This document shows positions 30,384-40,247 of a stretch of 64,000 bases of DNA, piece after piece. Position 1 is the stretch's first letter. Each line of letters opens with the position of its first letter. The notes beneath the pieces were generated by a model. The model was not told where the DNA came from. It did no database searches and saw only the letters and a program-made list of their open reading frames with translations. The DNA is from an uncultured SAR86 cluster bacterium (lineage in GTDB: Bacteria > Pseudomonadota > Gammaproteobacteria > Magnimaribacterales > D2472): assembly GCA_902558375.1 (NCBI GenBank), contig CACEDQ010000001.1:25929-89928 (forward strand), in the 5' to 3' direction. A program made the position numbers and the translations under genes.

Positions 30384-30998
30384 TTGAAGCTGTATTCAAG
30401 CAAGCTTGCCCCCAGTCCGCTCAAGGTTTTAATTTTTTTAAAAGAAAAGGGTATATTAGATCAAGTAGAGGTCATTGATCTTGATCTAGGAAAACTTGAA
30501 CATAAAACTCCAGAGTATAAAGCCATAGCTCCTAATTCTAGAGTACCTGCTCTAAAGTTAGATGACGGCACAATTATTTTAGAAACAACGGCTATATGCA
30601 GATATTTAGAGTCTCTGTATCCTGATCCCAATTTATTTGGAGAAAACCCTATCGAGATCGCCTCTATAGAGATGTGGTACTCAAGGGTGACTTATGAGTT
30701 AGCAGTCCCATTAATGCATGGTTTTCGGCATACTCACCCCCATATGAGTCAAATGGAAAATCAAAATCAAGAATATGGATTGGCACAAAGAGAATTAGCA
30801 GTTAAATCCTTAGATGTTTATGACAAAATTATTGCGAGTAGAGAATATATAGCAGGAGAAAGGTTTACTTATGCAGATATTCAAATGGTAACCTCATTAC
30901 AATTCTTGGTGAGGTTAAATAGGCTTGATATAAACGATTACGAAAACCTGAATGATTACATCAATCAGGTTTCCAGTAGATCTAGCTTTTCTGTTTAG
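30384..30998 (+). CDS. Glutathione S-transferase
   Basis: APSP, RVPALKLDDG..ETTAICRYLE, YIAGERFTYADI. Confidence 0.9.
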   Translation: MKLYSSKLAPSPLKVLIFLKEKGILDQVEVIDLDLGKLEHKTPEYKAIAPNSRVPALKLDDGTIILETTAICRYLESLYPDPNLFGENPIEIASIEMWYSRVTYELAVPLMHGFRHTHPHMSQMENQNQEYGLAQRELAVKSLDVYDKIIASREYIAGERFTYADIQMVTSLQFLVRLNRLDINDYENLNDYINQVSSRSSFSV

Positions 30999-30999
30999 A

Positions 31000-32262
31000 C
31001 TATTCCCAGTTTAGAGCGCCACCAACTTGGTACTCAGTAACTCTGGTTTCAAAGAAGTTCTTTTCTTTTCTTAAATCTATTATTTCTGACATCCATGGGA
31101 ATGGATTACCAACACCTTTGAATTCTTCTTCTAAACCAATTTGTGTCAGTCTTCTATTCGCAATGAACTTTAGATACTCTTCCATCATTGCGGCATTCAT
31201 TCCAAGTACTCCTCTAGGCATAGTATCTCTTGCATACATAATTTCTAGTTCTGTTCCTTCAAGGATCATTTGAGCAGCTTCAGCCTTCATTTCTTCATCC
31301 CATAAATGAGGATTTTCGATCTTAATTTGATTGATTACATCTATACCAAAATTAACATGCATAGATTCATCTCTTAAAATATATTGGAACTGTTCTGACG
31401 TTCCAGTCATTTTATTTCTTCGACCCATAGATAATATTTGAGTAAAGCCACAATAGAAGAAGATTCCTTCTAGAACACAATAGAAGGCAATCAAGTTCTT
31501 AAGAAGCTGTTTATCAGTTTCTACGGTGCCTGTTTTGAATTCAGGATCTGATATTTCTTGTGTATATTTAAGACCCCAGGCTGCTTTTCTCGAAACGCAT
31601 GGTATTTCACGGTACATATTGAATATTTCGCCTTCGTCCATACCAAGTGATTCAATACAGTATTGATAAGCATGTGTATGAATAGCTTCTTCTAAGCTTT
31701 GTCTTAAAATATATTGTCTACATTCAGGATTTGTTATCAATCTGTATAGTGCTAATACTAAGTTATTTGCAACAAGAGAGTCAGCTGTTGAGAAGAACCC
31801 TAAGTTTCTTTTTACAATTGTTCTTTCATCTTCTGTAAGGCCATCTTCAGATTTCCACAATACAATATCGTTTGTCATATTAATTTCTTGTGGCATCCAA
31901 TGGTTAGCACTTCCGTCTAAATATTTTTGCCATGCCCAGTCATATTTAAATGGTACTAGTTGATTAAGATCTGCTTTACAGTTAATCATCATTTTGTCAT
32001 CAACCTGAACCCTCGAGCCAGCCATTTCATCTAGTTCTTCAACACCTGCTGCATCATCTAGATTTTTTATAGCCTCTCTTGCCAGTTGTGCACGAGATCC
32101 TTCTTCTATCTTGGCTGTATTTTCTTTTATTGGAGCTGCTGTATCTACTACTGGAGCAGGTTGTTCTTTTGCAACTTGAGGTGTTTCTACTACAGGAGCA
32201 CTAGCAGTTACTGCTGCACTTGTGTTTGTTTCCTCTTTTCCATAATCATCCCAATTTAACAT
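31000..32262 (-). CDS. nrdB: Class Ia ribonucleotide reductase beta subunit
   Basis: Di-iron ligands in STAD, EEAIH, EGIFF, DESMH; radical Tyr in HTHAY; [10 protein letters not shown] tail. Confidence 0.96.
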   Translation of the reverse strand: MLNWDDYGKEETNTSAAVTASAPVVETPQVAKEQPAPVVDTAAPIKENTAKIEEGSRAQLAREAIKNLDDAAGVEELDEMAGSRVQVDDKMMINCKADLNQLVPFKYDWAWQKYLDGSANHWMPQEINMTNDIVLWKSEDGLTEDERTIVKRNLGFFSTADSLVANNLVLALYRLITNPECRQYILRQSLEEAIHTHAYQYCIESLGMDEGEIFNMYREIPCVSRKAAWGLKYTQEISDPEFKTGTVETDKQLLKNLIAFYCVLEGIFFYCGFTQILSMGRRNKMTGTSEQFQYILRDESMHVNFGIDVINQIKIENPHLWDEEMKAEAAQMILEGTELEIMYARDTMPRGVLGMNAAMMEEYLKFIANRRLTQIGLEEEFKGVGNPFPWMSEIIDLRKEKNFFETRVTEYQVGGALNWE

Positions 32263-32276
32263 TTCGTTCTCCTATA

Positions 32277-35153
32277 TTATTGACATGCCTCACAATCTGG
32301 GTCATCCAGAGAGCATGCTGTTGGAACAGGGGCCGGTGCTCCTAGTTCCTGTGGTGCGGCTTGTGTTGCTTGCGCACTAACCGCATTTAATTTTCCTTGT
32401 GCAACTGTTGATTTTTCAGTTGATGTTGCAGCTATTGATCTTAGGTAATAGGTAGTTTTGAGACCTGAATACCATGCCATTCTGTATGTAATATCAAGCT
32501 TTTTACCATCAGCATTTCCTATATATAAATTTAAAGATTGAGCTTGATCTATCCATTTTTGTCTTCTGCTTGCTGATTCAACTATGTATCTTGGTTCAAC
32601 CTCAAAAGCTGTTGAGTATATGGTTTTAATTTCATCAGGTATTCTTGATATCTGTGAAAGACTGCCCTCAAAATATTTGAGGTCATTAATCATGACATCA
32701 TCCCAAAGATTGAGCTCTTTTAACTTATTAACTAAATGTGGGTTTACAATAGTAAACTCGCCAGAAAGGTTAGATTTTACATATAAGTTTTGATAAGTTG
32801 GTTCAACCGACTGTGTAACACCAGTAATATTTGATATCGTAGCAGTTGGAGCTATAGCCATAACATTTGAATTTCTCATTCCATCGGTCATAACCTTTTT
32901 TCTTAAGGATTCCCAATCAAGAGTTTCAGATTTATCAACATTTAAATATTCTGATCCTCTATTTTTTTCTAGTATCTCAAGCGAGTCTTTTGGCAATATG
33001 CCTTGGCTCCAAAGTGAACCTTTATAGGACTCATAACTTCCTCTTTCTTTTGCTAGTTCTGTTGAAGCATGAATAGCATAATAACTAATTAATTCCATGC
33101 TTCTGTCTGCAAACTCAATAGCTTCATCACTGCAATATGCTATATCTTGCATGTATAAAGTGTCTTGAAAGCCCATCATTCCAAGACCAATCGGTCTATG
33201 TTTTAAATTAGAATTTTTTGCTGTGTCTACAGAGTAATAATTTATATTGATTACGTTATCTAACATTCTTATGGCTGTTGAGACAGTTTGTTTTACTTTT
33301 TCTTCATCTAGCTTTCCGTCTTTCATATGTTGCGCTAAATTAACAGAACCAAGATTACATACGGCTATCTCATCTGCGCTCGTATTAAGAGTAATTTCAG
33401 TACATAGGTTTGAAGAATGAACAACGCCTGCATGCTGTTGTGGTGATCTTAAATTACATGAATCTTTAAAAGTAATCCACGGATGACCTGTTTCAAAAAG
33501 CATTGTTAACATTTTTCTCCATAGCTCTTTTGCAGGCACGGATTTAAATTGATCCATTTCTCCAGCTTGAGCTTTCTTTTCATATTCTTCATATTTTTCT
33601 TCAAATGCTTTGCCTATTAAGTCATGAAGGTCTGGTGTTTCACCTGGAGAAAAAAGAGTCCAGTTTTTATCTTCTTCCACTCTCTTCATAAATAAATCAG
33701 GAACCCAATTAGCAGTATTCATATCATGGGTTCTTCTTCTTTCATCGCCAGTGTTCTTTCTTAGTTCTAGGAATTCCTCAACATCTAAGTGCCATGTTTC
33801 AAGATAAGCACACATTGCTCCTTTTCTTTTTCCTCCTTGATTTACAGCTACAGCTGTATCATTAGCTACTTTTAAGAAGGGAACAACACCCTGGCTTTTA
33901 CCGTTTGTGCCCTTGATATAAGAGTTCATGGCCCTTACCGATGTCCAATCGTTTCCAAGTCCGCCTGCCCATTTTGATAAAAGGGCATTGTCTTTCATGG
34001 CTCCAAAAATACCATCAAGATCATCTGGAATTGTTGTTAGGTAGCAAGAAGACAATTGAGGTCTTTTTGTTCCAGAGTTAAACAGAGTTGGAGTTGAACT
34101 CATATAATCAAAACTTGATAGGAGCTTGTAGAACTCAATAGCTCTCTCTTCTCTATTTTCTTCTTCTGCCGCTAAGCCCATTGCAACTCTCATAAAAAAG
34201 ACCTGAGGAAGCTCGTACCTGACATCATCACAATGAATGAAGTATCTATCGTATAGTGTTTGCAACCCTAAATAAGTAAATTGATTATCTCTAGTATGAT
34301 CAATTGCTTTGCCTAAAACTCCTAAATCAAATGTTTTAAGTTCTGGGTCTAAGATATCAAGCTCAATTCCTTTATCTATATAAGCTAAAAATGCTTTTGG
34401 ATAGTTTTCCTTCATTTGATCATAAGTTGATTCTTCAGCTACTTTTAAGAAGCCGAGCGCCTCACTTCTGATTTGATCCATAAGAATTCTTGCAGTGACA
34501 TATGAGTAGTTTGGTTCTTTTTCAACTTTTGTTCTTGCAGACATAACTAAACTTGTTCTCATGTCTGATATTGAAACTCCGTCGTACAGATTTTTTAATG
34601 CTTCTTCTAAAACTTCGTTCATTGAAACTTCTTCTAGCCCTTCACACGCATCATTAATTAGGGCAGCAAGCTTATCGATATCAAGAGGAACAAGTGACCC
34701 ATCAGCTTTGGTGATATTAATATTGGGTCTATCAGGAATATCAATTTCTGGTGTTTCTTTTTTTCTTTCTTGGGTACGGCCAGCTCTGTATAAGATGTAG
34801 CTTTTTGCAACCTCCAACTCTTCGCTTCTCATTAATTGAAGCTCAACTTGATCTTGAATTTCTTCTATATGAAGGGTTCCTCCAGAGGGCATTCTTCTTT
34901 CAAATACCTCAATAACTCCAGACGAGATTGCATTAACTTTCTTATGAATTCTTTCACTTGCAGCTGCATTTCCTGATTCAGTTGCCAAGAATGCTTTAGT
35001 AATAGCAACTTTAATTTTATCTTCTTCAAAAGCAACGACTTTACCATTTCTTTTGATTACTCTCAGTTTGCCGGGAGCAGTGGTCTCTATTTCGTTAGCC
35101 CCAACTTGTTGTTGTATCTCTAATGTTTTGCTTGTTTTTTGTTGTGTTTCCAT
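32277..35153 (-). CDS. nrdA: Class Ia ribonucleotide reductase alpha subunit with two ATP-cones
   Basis: VIKRNG and ITKADG cones; QLSSC, SNLCTE, KTTYY, C-terminal CEACQ. Confidence 0.97.
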   Translation of the reverse strand: METQQKTSKTLEIQQQVGANEIETTAPGKLRVIKRNGKVVAFEEDKIKVAITKAFLATESGNAAASERIHKKVNAISSGVIEVFERRMPSGGTLHIEEIQDQVELQLMRSEELEVAKSYILYRAGRTQERKKETPEIDIPDRPNINITKADGSLVPLDIDKLAALINDACEGLEEVSMNEVLEEALKNLYDGVSISDMRTSLVMSARTKVEKEPNYSYVTARILMDQIRSEALGFLKVAEESTYDQMKENYPKAFLAYIDKGIELDILDPELKTFDLGVLGKAIDHTRDNQFTYLGLQTLYDRYFIHCDDVRYELPQVFFMRVAMGLAAEEENREERAIEFYKLLSSFDYMSSTPTLFNSGTKRPQLSSCYLTTIPDDLDGIFGAMKDNALLSKWAGGLGNDWTSVRAMNSYIKGTNGKSQGVVPFLKVANDTAVAVNQGGKRKGAMCAYLETWHLDVEEFLELRKNTGDERRRTHDMNTANWVPDLFMKRVEEDKNWTLFSPGETPDLHDLIGKAFEEKYEEYEKKAQAGEMDQFKSVPAKELWRKMLTMLFETGHPWITFKDSCNLRSPQQHAGVVHSSNLCTEITLNTSADEIAVCNLGSVNLAQHMKDGKLDEEKVKQTVSTAIRMLDNVININYYSVDTAKNSNLKHRPIGLGMMGFQDTLYMQDIAYCSDEAIEFADRSMELISYYAIHASTELAKERGSYESYKGSLWSQGILPKDSLEILEKNRGSEYLNVDKSETLDWESLRKKVMTDGMRNSNVMAIAPTATISNITGVTQSVEPTYQNLYVKSNLSGEFTIVNPHLVNKLKELNLWDDVMINDLKYFEGSLSQISRIPDEIKTIYSTAFEVEPRYIVESASRRQKWIDQAQSLNLYIGNADGKKLDITYRMAWYSGLKTTYYLRSIAATSTEKSTVAQGKLNAVSAQATQAAPQELGAPAPVPTACSLDDPDCEACQ

Positions 35154-35291
35154 TTTTAACTCTGTTTCCCTATTTTAAAATTCGCCGTATCTTTTCCTCT
35201 CACAAAGAGTTCTATTTAATTAATTTGGAAGAAGTTTTGTGCGTCTGCAGTTACACTAACTTTTTTGTTCTTCAGTACTAATATTACATGT

Positions 35292-35300
35292 TGTGGATAA
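35292..35300. promoter_or_regulatory. DnaA box in the nrdA promoter region
   Basis: TGTGGATAA, the reverse complement of perfect TTATCCACA. Confidence 0.75.
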
Positions 35301-35316
35301 AGAAACAAGTAAAAAA

Positions 35317-35362
35317 ACACTATATATTGTGACAATTTCATTTTTTTTCACTATATAGTGTA
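35317..35362. promoter_or_regulatory. Tandem NrdR boxes
   Basis: ACACTATATATTGTG (35317) and TCACTATATAGTGTA (35348), 31 bp apart; both match acaCwAtATaTwGtg. Confidence 0.88.
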
Positions 35363-35402
35363 TGTAAGCTGTTTTTTTGCTGTTGGCAATCAGTTAATAA
35401 AT

Positions 35403-35411
35403 TGTGGATAA
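35403..35411. promoter_or_regulatory. DnaA box between nrdA and glpK
   Basis: Perfect TGTGGATAA. Confidence 0.65.
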
Positions 35412-35433
35412 TTATAGTTATGGAGATATTTTT

Positions 35434-36891
35434 ATGAGTAATTTTTTAGCTATAGACCAAGGAACAACAAGCTCACGAGCGATAGTATTTAATTCACAGC
35501 TTAGTGCAGTTGTTGATTCTCAAAAAGAATACAAATTGTCTTATCCAAATGACGGTTGGGTGGAAGCAGATCCAGCTGATATTTTAAATACGGTCAAAGA
35601 AACCGTTAGCAATGTTCTAAAGTATGATAACCCGATAAATGCATGCGGGATAACCAATCAGCGAGAATCTACTATTGTTTGGTCTAGAGAAACTGGAGAA
35701 CCTATTTATCCTGTAATAATTTGGCAAGATAGAAGAACTCATCAGTTATGCAAAGAGCTTAAAGAAAGCGGGTATGAAAAAATAGTAAGAGATAAAACAG
35801 GACTAGTTATAGATCCATACTTCTCTGCGACTAAGATTAAATGGATTCTTGATAATGTAAGCGGAGCAAGAGATCTTGCAGATGATGGCAAATTAATGTT
35901 TGGAACAATAGATTCATTTTTAATATATTCAATGACCAAAGAAAAGGGCCACTATACAGATGTAACGAATGCCTCAAGAACTATGCTATTTAATATTAAT
36001 AACATGGAATGGGATAAAGATTTACTAGATTTGTTTAATATTCCAATATCCATGATGCCGCATGTTCAACCCTGTGATGGAAATTTTGGCACTTTAGACA
36101 TAGATAGTAAGAGTATCAGCATAAAGGGTGTTGTAGGTGATCAGCAAGCAGCATTAGTGGGGCAAAATTGTTTTAATTATGGCGATATAAAATCTACTTA
36201 TGGAACGGGTTGTTTTTTAATGGTAAATACTAAAGAAAATATCATAACTTTGGAGGAGGGACTCTTAACAACAGTTGGGTATCAATTAAATAATGAAGTT
36301 AGCTATGCGATTGAAGGAAGTATTTATTCTTGTGGCAATATTATTCAATGGCTTAGAGACAAAATGAAGTTTTTTGATAATGCCAAAGACAGTGAAGTTT
36401 TTTTAAATGGTGATGGTAATTCTAAAAATGTACATTTCTTGCCAGCATTTAATGGACTTGGAGCTCCATATTGGAATTCAGATATTAGAGGTGGTTTTTA
36501 CGGCATCACTCAAGACTCAGATAACACTGATTTAATAACGGCAGCATTTAAATCTATTTGTTACCAAACCAAAGATATAACAGACTTGCTTGAGAAAAAT
36601 AATATAAAAATAAATTCTTTGTTTATCGATGGCGGAATGACCGCAAATAAAACTTTTTGCCAGCTATTATCAAATATTCTTCAAGTAAACATTTCTATGC
36701 CTGAAAACATTGAATCAACAGCGCTAGGAGCTTGTATTGTTTCTCAAATAGCAGAAGGATTGCCAATTGATGATCTTAAGCTAAAACTCGAGAGACTTTA
36801 TAGGCCAGATACAGCATCTATAAGTTTTTACGAAAGTGATTATTTGTTGTGGAAGGAATATATAGAAAGAACTATATCTACTATTAAGTAA
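35434..36891 (+). CDS. glpK: Glycerol kinase
   Basis: AIDQGTTSSR, ITNQRES, DPYFSATK, GDQQAAL, TYGTGCF; ATG at 35434 after GGAG. Confidence 0.94.
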   Translation: MSNFLAIDQGTTSSRAIVFNSQLSAVVDSQKEYKLSYPNDGWVEADPADILNTVKETVSNVLKYDNPINACGITNQRESTIVWSRETGEPIYPVIIWQDRRTHQLCKELKESGYEKIVRDKTGLVIDPYFSATKIKWILDNVSGARDLADDGKLMFGTIDSFLIYSMTKEKGHYTDVTNASRTMLFNINNMEWDKDLLDLFNIPISMMPHVQPCDGNFGTLDIDSKSISIKGVVGDQQAALVGQNCFNYGDIKSTYGTGCFLMVNTKENIITLEEGLLTTVGYQLNNEVSYAIEGSIYSCGNIIQWLRDKMKFFDNAKDSEVFLNGDGNSKNVHFLPAFNGLGAPYWNSDIRGGFYGITQDSDNTDLITAAFKSICYQTKDITDLLEKNNIKINSLFIDGGMTANKTFCQLLSNILQVNISMPENIESTALGACIVSQIAEGLPIDDLKLKLERLYRPDTASISFYESDYLLWKEYIERTISTIK

Positions 36892-36963
36892 TAAATTAAC
36901 TTATAAAATAAATTTTTTTTAGATATAATCCATGCGTTCTAAACACAATCAGCCTTTTAATAA

Positions 36964-38139
36964 ATGTTTACATATAAAATATTTAATAATATTGCTCAAG
37001 ACGGCCTTGATATATTTAAGAAAAATAATTTTCACATCGATGAAATTGATCCTGATTCACTAATATTAAGAAGCCAGGTTCTTGCAGAAGCTGATTTTAA
37101 TGAGTCCCTAAAATGTGTTGGTAGGGCTGGTGCTGGAACCAACAATATCCCAGTAAAACAAGCTACTGATAAAGGTATTGTTGTTTTTAACACTCCAGGA
37201 GCAAATGCTAATGCAGTAAAGGAGCTTGTTGTTTGTGGAATGCTGCTGTCTTCTAGAGGCATTATTCAAGGTAACTTGTACTCCAAGAGTCTTTCAGGTC
37301 AGGACACTGACGAGTTAAACAAGTCGATGGAGGCTCAAAAGAAAAACTTTAAAGGAAATGAATTAAAAGGAAAAACACTTGGAATTATTGGGCTTGGAGC
37401 AATAGGCTCATTGTTAGCTCAAACAGCTGAAGTTATGGGTATGAAAATTATAGGCTACGATCCATACATATCTATTGATGCTGCATGGAGGCTTCCTAAA
37501 GATGTTGAAAAAGCCGACTCTATGGAATACCTTTTAAATAATTCTGACTATATTTCTATTCATGTCCCTCTAGTAGACGAGACTAGAGATTTAATTTCAA
37601 AAGAATCTTTAAAATATTTTAAAAAAGGTTCAAAGTTAATAAATTTATCCAGAGGAGGTATTGTAAATAATGAAGATATCATTGATGCCTTAAACTCAAA
37701 AATTATTGATAAATTTGTTACTGATTTTCCAACACCTGAACTAATAACGAGATCTAGTGAGTTTCATGATGTAATTCTTTTGCCACATTTAGGTGCTAGC
37801 ACAAAGGAGGCTGAAATTAATTGTGCTGTCATGGCCGCCGATCAGATATCAAATTTTTTAAAAGACGGAGTAATTGTCAATTCTGTGAATTTTCCATCAA
37901 TAAAACTAGGCAGAAAAACAGAATTCAGAATGGTTATTATCAATAAAAATGAACCTGGAATGATTGGAAAAATTACCGATGAGATAGGCTATAAAAATAT
38001 TAATATTGCAGATATGACCCATAAGAGTAGAGACTCCATTGGTATTAATTTGATAGATTTAGAAGACAAACCAACACAGGAATTGATTGATAATATAAAT
38101 AACATAGATCACGTAATAAGTGTCAGGGTTTGTGATTAA
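36964..38139 (+). CDS. serA: D-3-phosphoglycerate dehydrogenase with ACT domain
   Basis: RAGAGTNNI, GLGAIG, PHLGAST, C-terminal ACT domain. Confidence 0.9.
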   Translation: MFTYKIFNNIAQDGLDIFKKNNFHIDEIDPDSLILRSQVLAEADFNESLKCVGRAGAGTNNIPVKQATDKGIVVFNTPGANANAVKELVVCGMLLSSRGIIQGNLYSKSLSGQDTDELNKSMEAQKKNFKGNELKGKTLGIIGLGAIGSLLAQTAEVMGMKIIGYDPYISIDAAWRLPKDVEKADSMEYLLNNSDYISIHVPLVDETRDLISKESLKYFKKGSKLINLSRGGIVNNEDIIDALNSKIIDKFVTDFPTPELITRSSEFHDVILLPHLGASTKEAEINCAVMAADQISNFLKDGVIVNSVNFPSIKLGRKTEFRMVIINKNEPGMIGKITDEIGYKNINIADMTHKSRDSIGINLIDLEDKPTQELIDNINNIDHVISVRVCD

Positions 38140-38395
38140 CTATATTAAATCTAACATTTTTAAACTAGACTTTTGCCCATTTATAAGTTTGTAAAGAATT
38201 AACATATTAAAACACTTGTCAACAAGAAAAAAAAATGATATCGCAAATAGTTTATAATTCTTGCTGGGTAAGTGTTTTCTTTTAATTTATTTACATAAAC
38301 CACTGATATGCGGTGTTAAATTTAATATTTGTACAATTTTTGTTCATCTTTTAAAAAACCTTTAAATAAAAGGCTTTTATGTGATATAAATAAAG

Positions 38396-38430
38396 TTATC
38401 CATAACTTTATCCACAGTTTCTGTGGATAA
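38396..38430. promoter_or_regulatory. Cluster of three DnaA boxes (DARS-core-like)
   Basis: TTATCCATA-act-TTATCCACA-gtttc-TGTGGATAA. Confidence 0.85.
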
Positions 38431-38444
38431 AATTTTGACTACAA

Positions 38445-39122
38445 ATGCATAAATTAAAGACCCTACATCAACTTCCAAATGATTGGCATAAAGTATTGAA
38501 AAAACAATGTCTTTTACCAGAACTTTCGAGTACGATTGAAAAAATTCAAAAAGATATTAAACAAAATAAAAAAATTTTTCCTGAAGTAAATAATATATAT
38601 AAAGCTCTAGAATTATGTAGTTATGAAAAGACCAAAGTAGTAATTTTTGGCCAAGATCCATATCACAAAGAAGGGCAAGCTAATGGGTTGGCATTTGGTG
38701 TAAATCCTAATATTAAAATTCCTCCATCTTTGAGAAATATCTACAAAGAAATTAATGATGACATTGGTTCCTGTAAATATAATTTAGGTAATTTAGAAGG
38801 CTGGGCATCTCAAGGAGTTCTTTTACTTAATTCATCGTTAAGCGTTTGTGAGTCCAAGCCCAACTCACATAAAAATTATGGTTGGGATAAATTAATTTTC
38901 TCAATAATAAAATCTTTAAATAATAAAAGAGAAGTTATTTTTATTCTGTGGGGGAAAGATTCAATTGAAAAAGAAAATTTAATTGATTTAGATGTTAATT
39001 TTGTTTTAAAAGCTGCACACCCATCGCCCTTATCATCTTACAGAGGGTTTTTTGGCTGTAAACATTTTTCATTAACAAATGAAATTTTAGTTTCTCTTGG
39101 AAAGAATCCTATAACTTGGTAA
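38445..39122 (+). CDS. ung: Uracil-DNA glycosylase
   Basis: GQDPYH, PPSLRNI, GVLLLN, HPSPLS. Confidence 0.96.
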   Translation: MHKLKTLHQLPNDWHKVLKKQCLLPELSSTIEKIQKDIKQNKKIFPEVNNIYKALELCSYEKTKVVIFGQDPYHKEGQANGLAFGVNPNIKIPPSLRNIYKEINDDIGSCKYNLGNLEGWASQGVLLLNSSLSVCESKPNSHKNYGWDKLIFSIIKSLNNKREVIFILWGKDSIEKENLIDLDVNFVLKAAHPSPLSSYRGFFGCKHFSLTNEILVSLGKNPITW

Positions 39123-39911
39123 TTAAACCAGTACAACATGAGGGTTATTTTTTTGATATTCGCTCATGTAATCATTGTTAATTGAGCAATGGTAAACATA
39201 AAAGTTTTTATATTTAAGTTTGTCACCCAATATTCTTAGCTTTTTTTCACTTAATATTTCTTTATTAGAGATAATTGTAATGAATTTTCTTCTATCAACA
39301 CCCAAATATTTCATTCTTGCAATTATTTCCTGGCCTCTGAAACAACCTTTATCAAAATCAACTCTGTATTTGTCATAATTGATTTCTAAAGGCCTATATT
39401 TTCCAATATCGTTTAAAGATAAATAAAAATTGCCTAACAACATATTGGCATAAATCCATTCTTCATTAGTTATTGAGCTAGTAATATTCTGTGCCTCATT
39501 TTTGATACTAATAGACAGTGCTAAATCTTTGTTTTTTAAAAATACTCCTTTGGCTTTAGAGCTATTCTTTTCAACAGAAGCAAAGACCTTATCACTTGAT
39601 TCTTGAAAAGTTACCCCGTAGAACTTTGCATATGGACTTAATTCATCAATAAATATATCTATAAGAGAATAATTAATTATAATTTTGAATTTTCCTTGAT
39701 TCCTGCCTATAAAAAAATCAGCCATTACAAAGGCTTTTTGATTACATACTGAAGATAGCTGAAAACCCTCGTTGGATATGGAACAAACATCAGATGTAAT
39801 TTGACCTTGAAGAAAAGTTTTAATTTTTTCCTCGCTTCCAACTATTTCGACTACTTTAAAGTCATCTATAAAAAATGAGCCAAAAGTTATTAATTTATTT
39901 TGAACGTCTAT
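39123..39911 (-). CDS. ygfZ: Folate-binding Fe-S/tRNA-modification protein (true start uncertain)
   Basis: KGCFRGQE motif; the frame stays open upstream of the track start and includes FLQGQIT; divergent from sdhE. Confidence 0.85.
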   Translation of the reverse strand: MDVQNKLITFGSFFIDDFKVVEIVGSEEKIKTFLQGQITSDVCSISNEGFQLSSVCNQKAFVMADFFIGRNQGKFKIIINYSLIDIFIDELSPYAKFYGVTFQESSDKVFASVEKNSSKAKGVFLKNKDLALSISIKNEAQNITSSITNEEWIYANMLLGNFYLSLNDIGKYRPLEINYDKYRVDFDKGCFRGQEIIARMKYLGVDRRKFITIISNKEILSEKKLRILGDKLKYKNFYVYHCSINNDYMSEYQKNNPHVVLV

Positions 39912-39951
39912 TTTCTTGTAAAATTATTCTCTAATATTTACATTTTAACCA

Positions 39952-40209
39952 ATGAGTACAGAAATAAACAGAATCTATTGGAAATGCAGAAGGGGAATGC
40001 GTGAAATAGATCTCCTCTTAAGAGAATTTTCATCATCAGATATTTATAATATTGATAATAAACAACTTAAGATTTTTGATGAAATTTTAAACTATGATGA
40101 TCAAAAATTATTTGACTATATTTTTAAAAATGTTGAACTGGGAAATAAAAGTCATGAAAATTTCATTAATGAGCACTTAAAAAAATTTTCTCAACAAGGA
40201 AACTTTTAA
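39952..40209 (+). CDS. sdhE: Succinate dehydrogenase assembly factor
   Basis: WKCRRGMREID. Confidence 0.93.
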   Translation: MSTEINRIYWKCRRGMREIDLLLREFSSSDIYNIDNKQLKIFDEILNYDDQKLFDYIFKNVELGNKSHENFINEHLKKFSQQGNF

Positions 40210-40226
40210 TAAGTTTGATTGTCTTA
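40199..40226 (+). promoter_or_regulatory. Putative sigmaE-dependent promoter of rpoE
   Basis: GAAACTT-N16-TCTTA, compared with consensus GAACTT-N16-TCtnA. Confidence 0.6.
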
Positions 40227-40247
40227 ATTCAAAAGGAATTTATATAA

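Noticed and set aside
31000-35153. Unusual RNR (class Ic/Ie, intein or intron)
   Set aside because: Metal ligands and the radical Tyr are present; the extra length is explained by two ATP-cones and Ala/Pro linkers
35154-35280. Cobalamin riboswitch upstream of nrdA
   Set aside because: B12-box and core motifs are absent
35404-35433. GTG start for glpK given in the track
   Set aside because: It lies inside a DnaA box; ATG 35434 has a GGAG SD and matches the family N-terminus
38197-38209. IHF-like site AATTAACATATTA near the DnaA boxes
   Set aside because: It has one mismatch and is expected by chance in such AT-rich DNA
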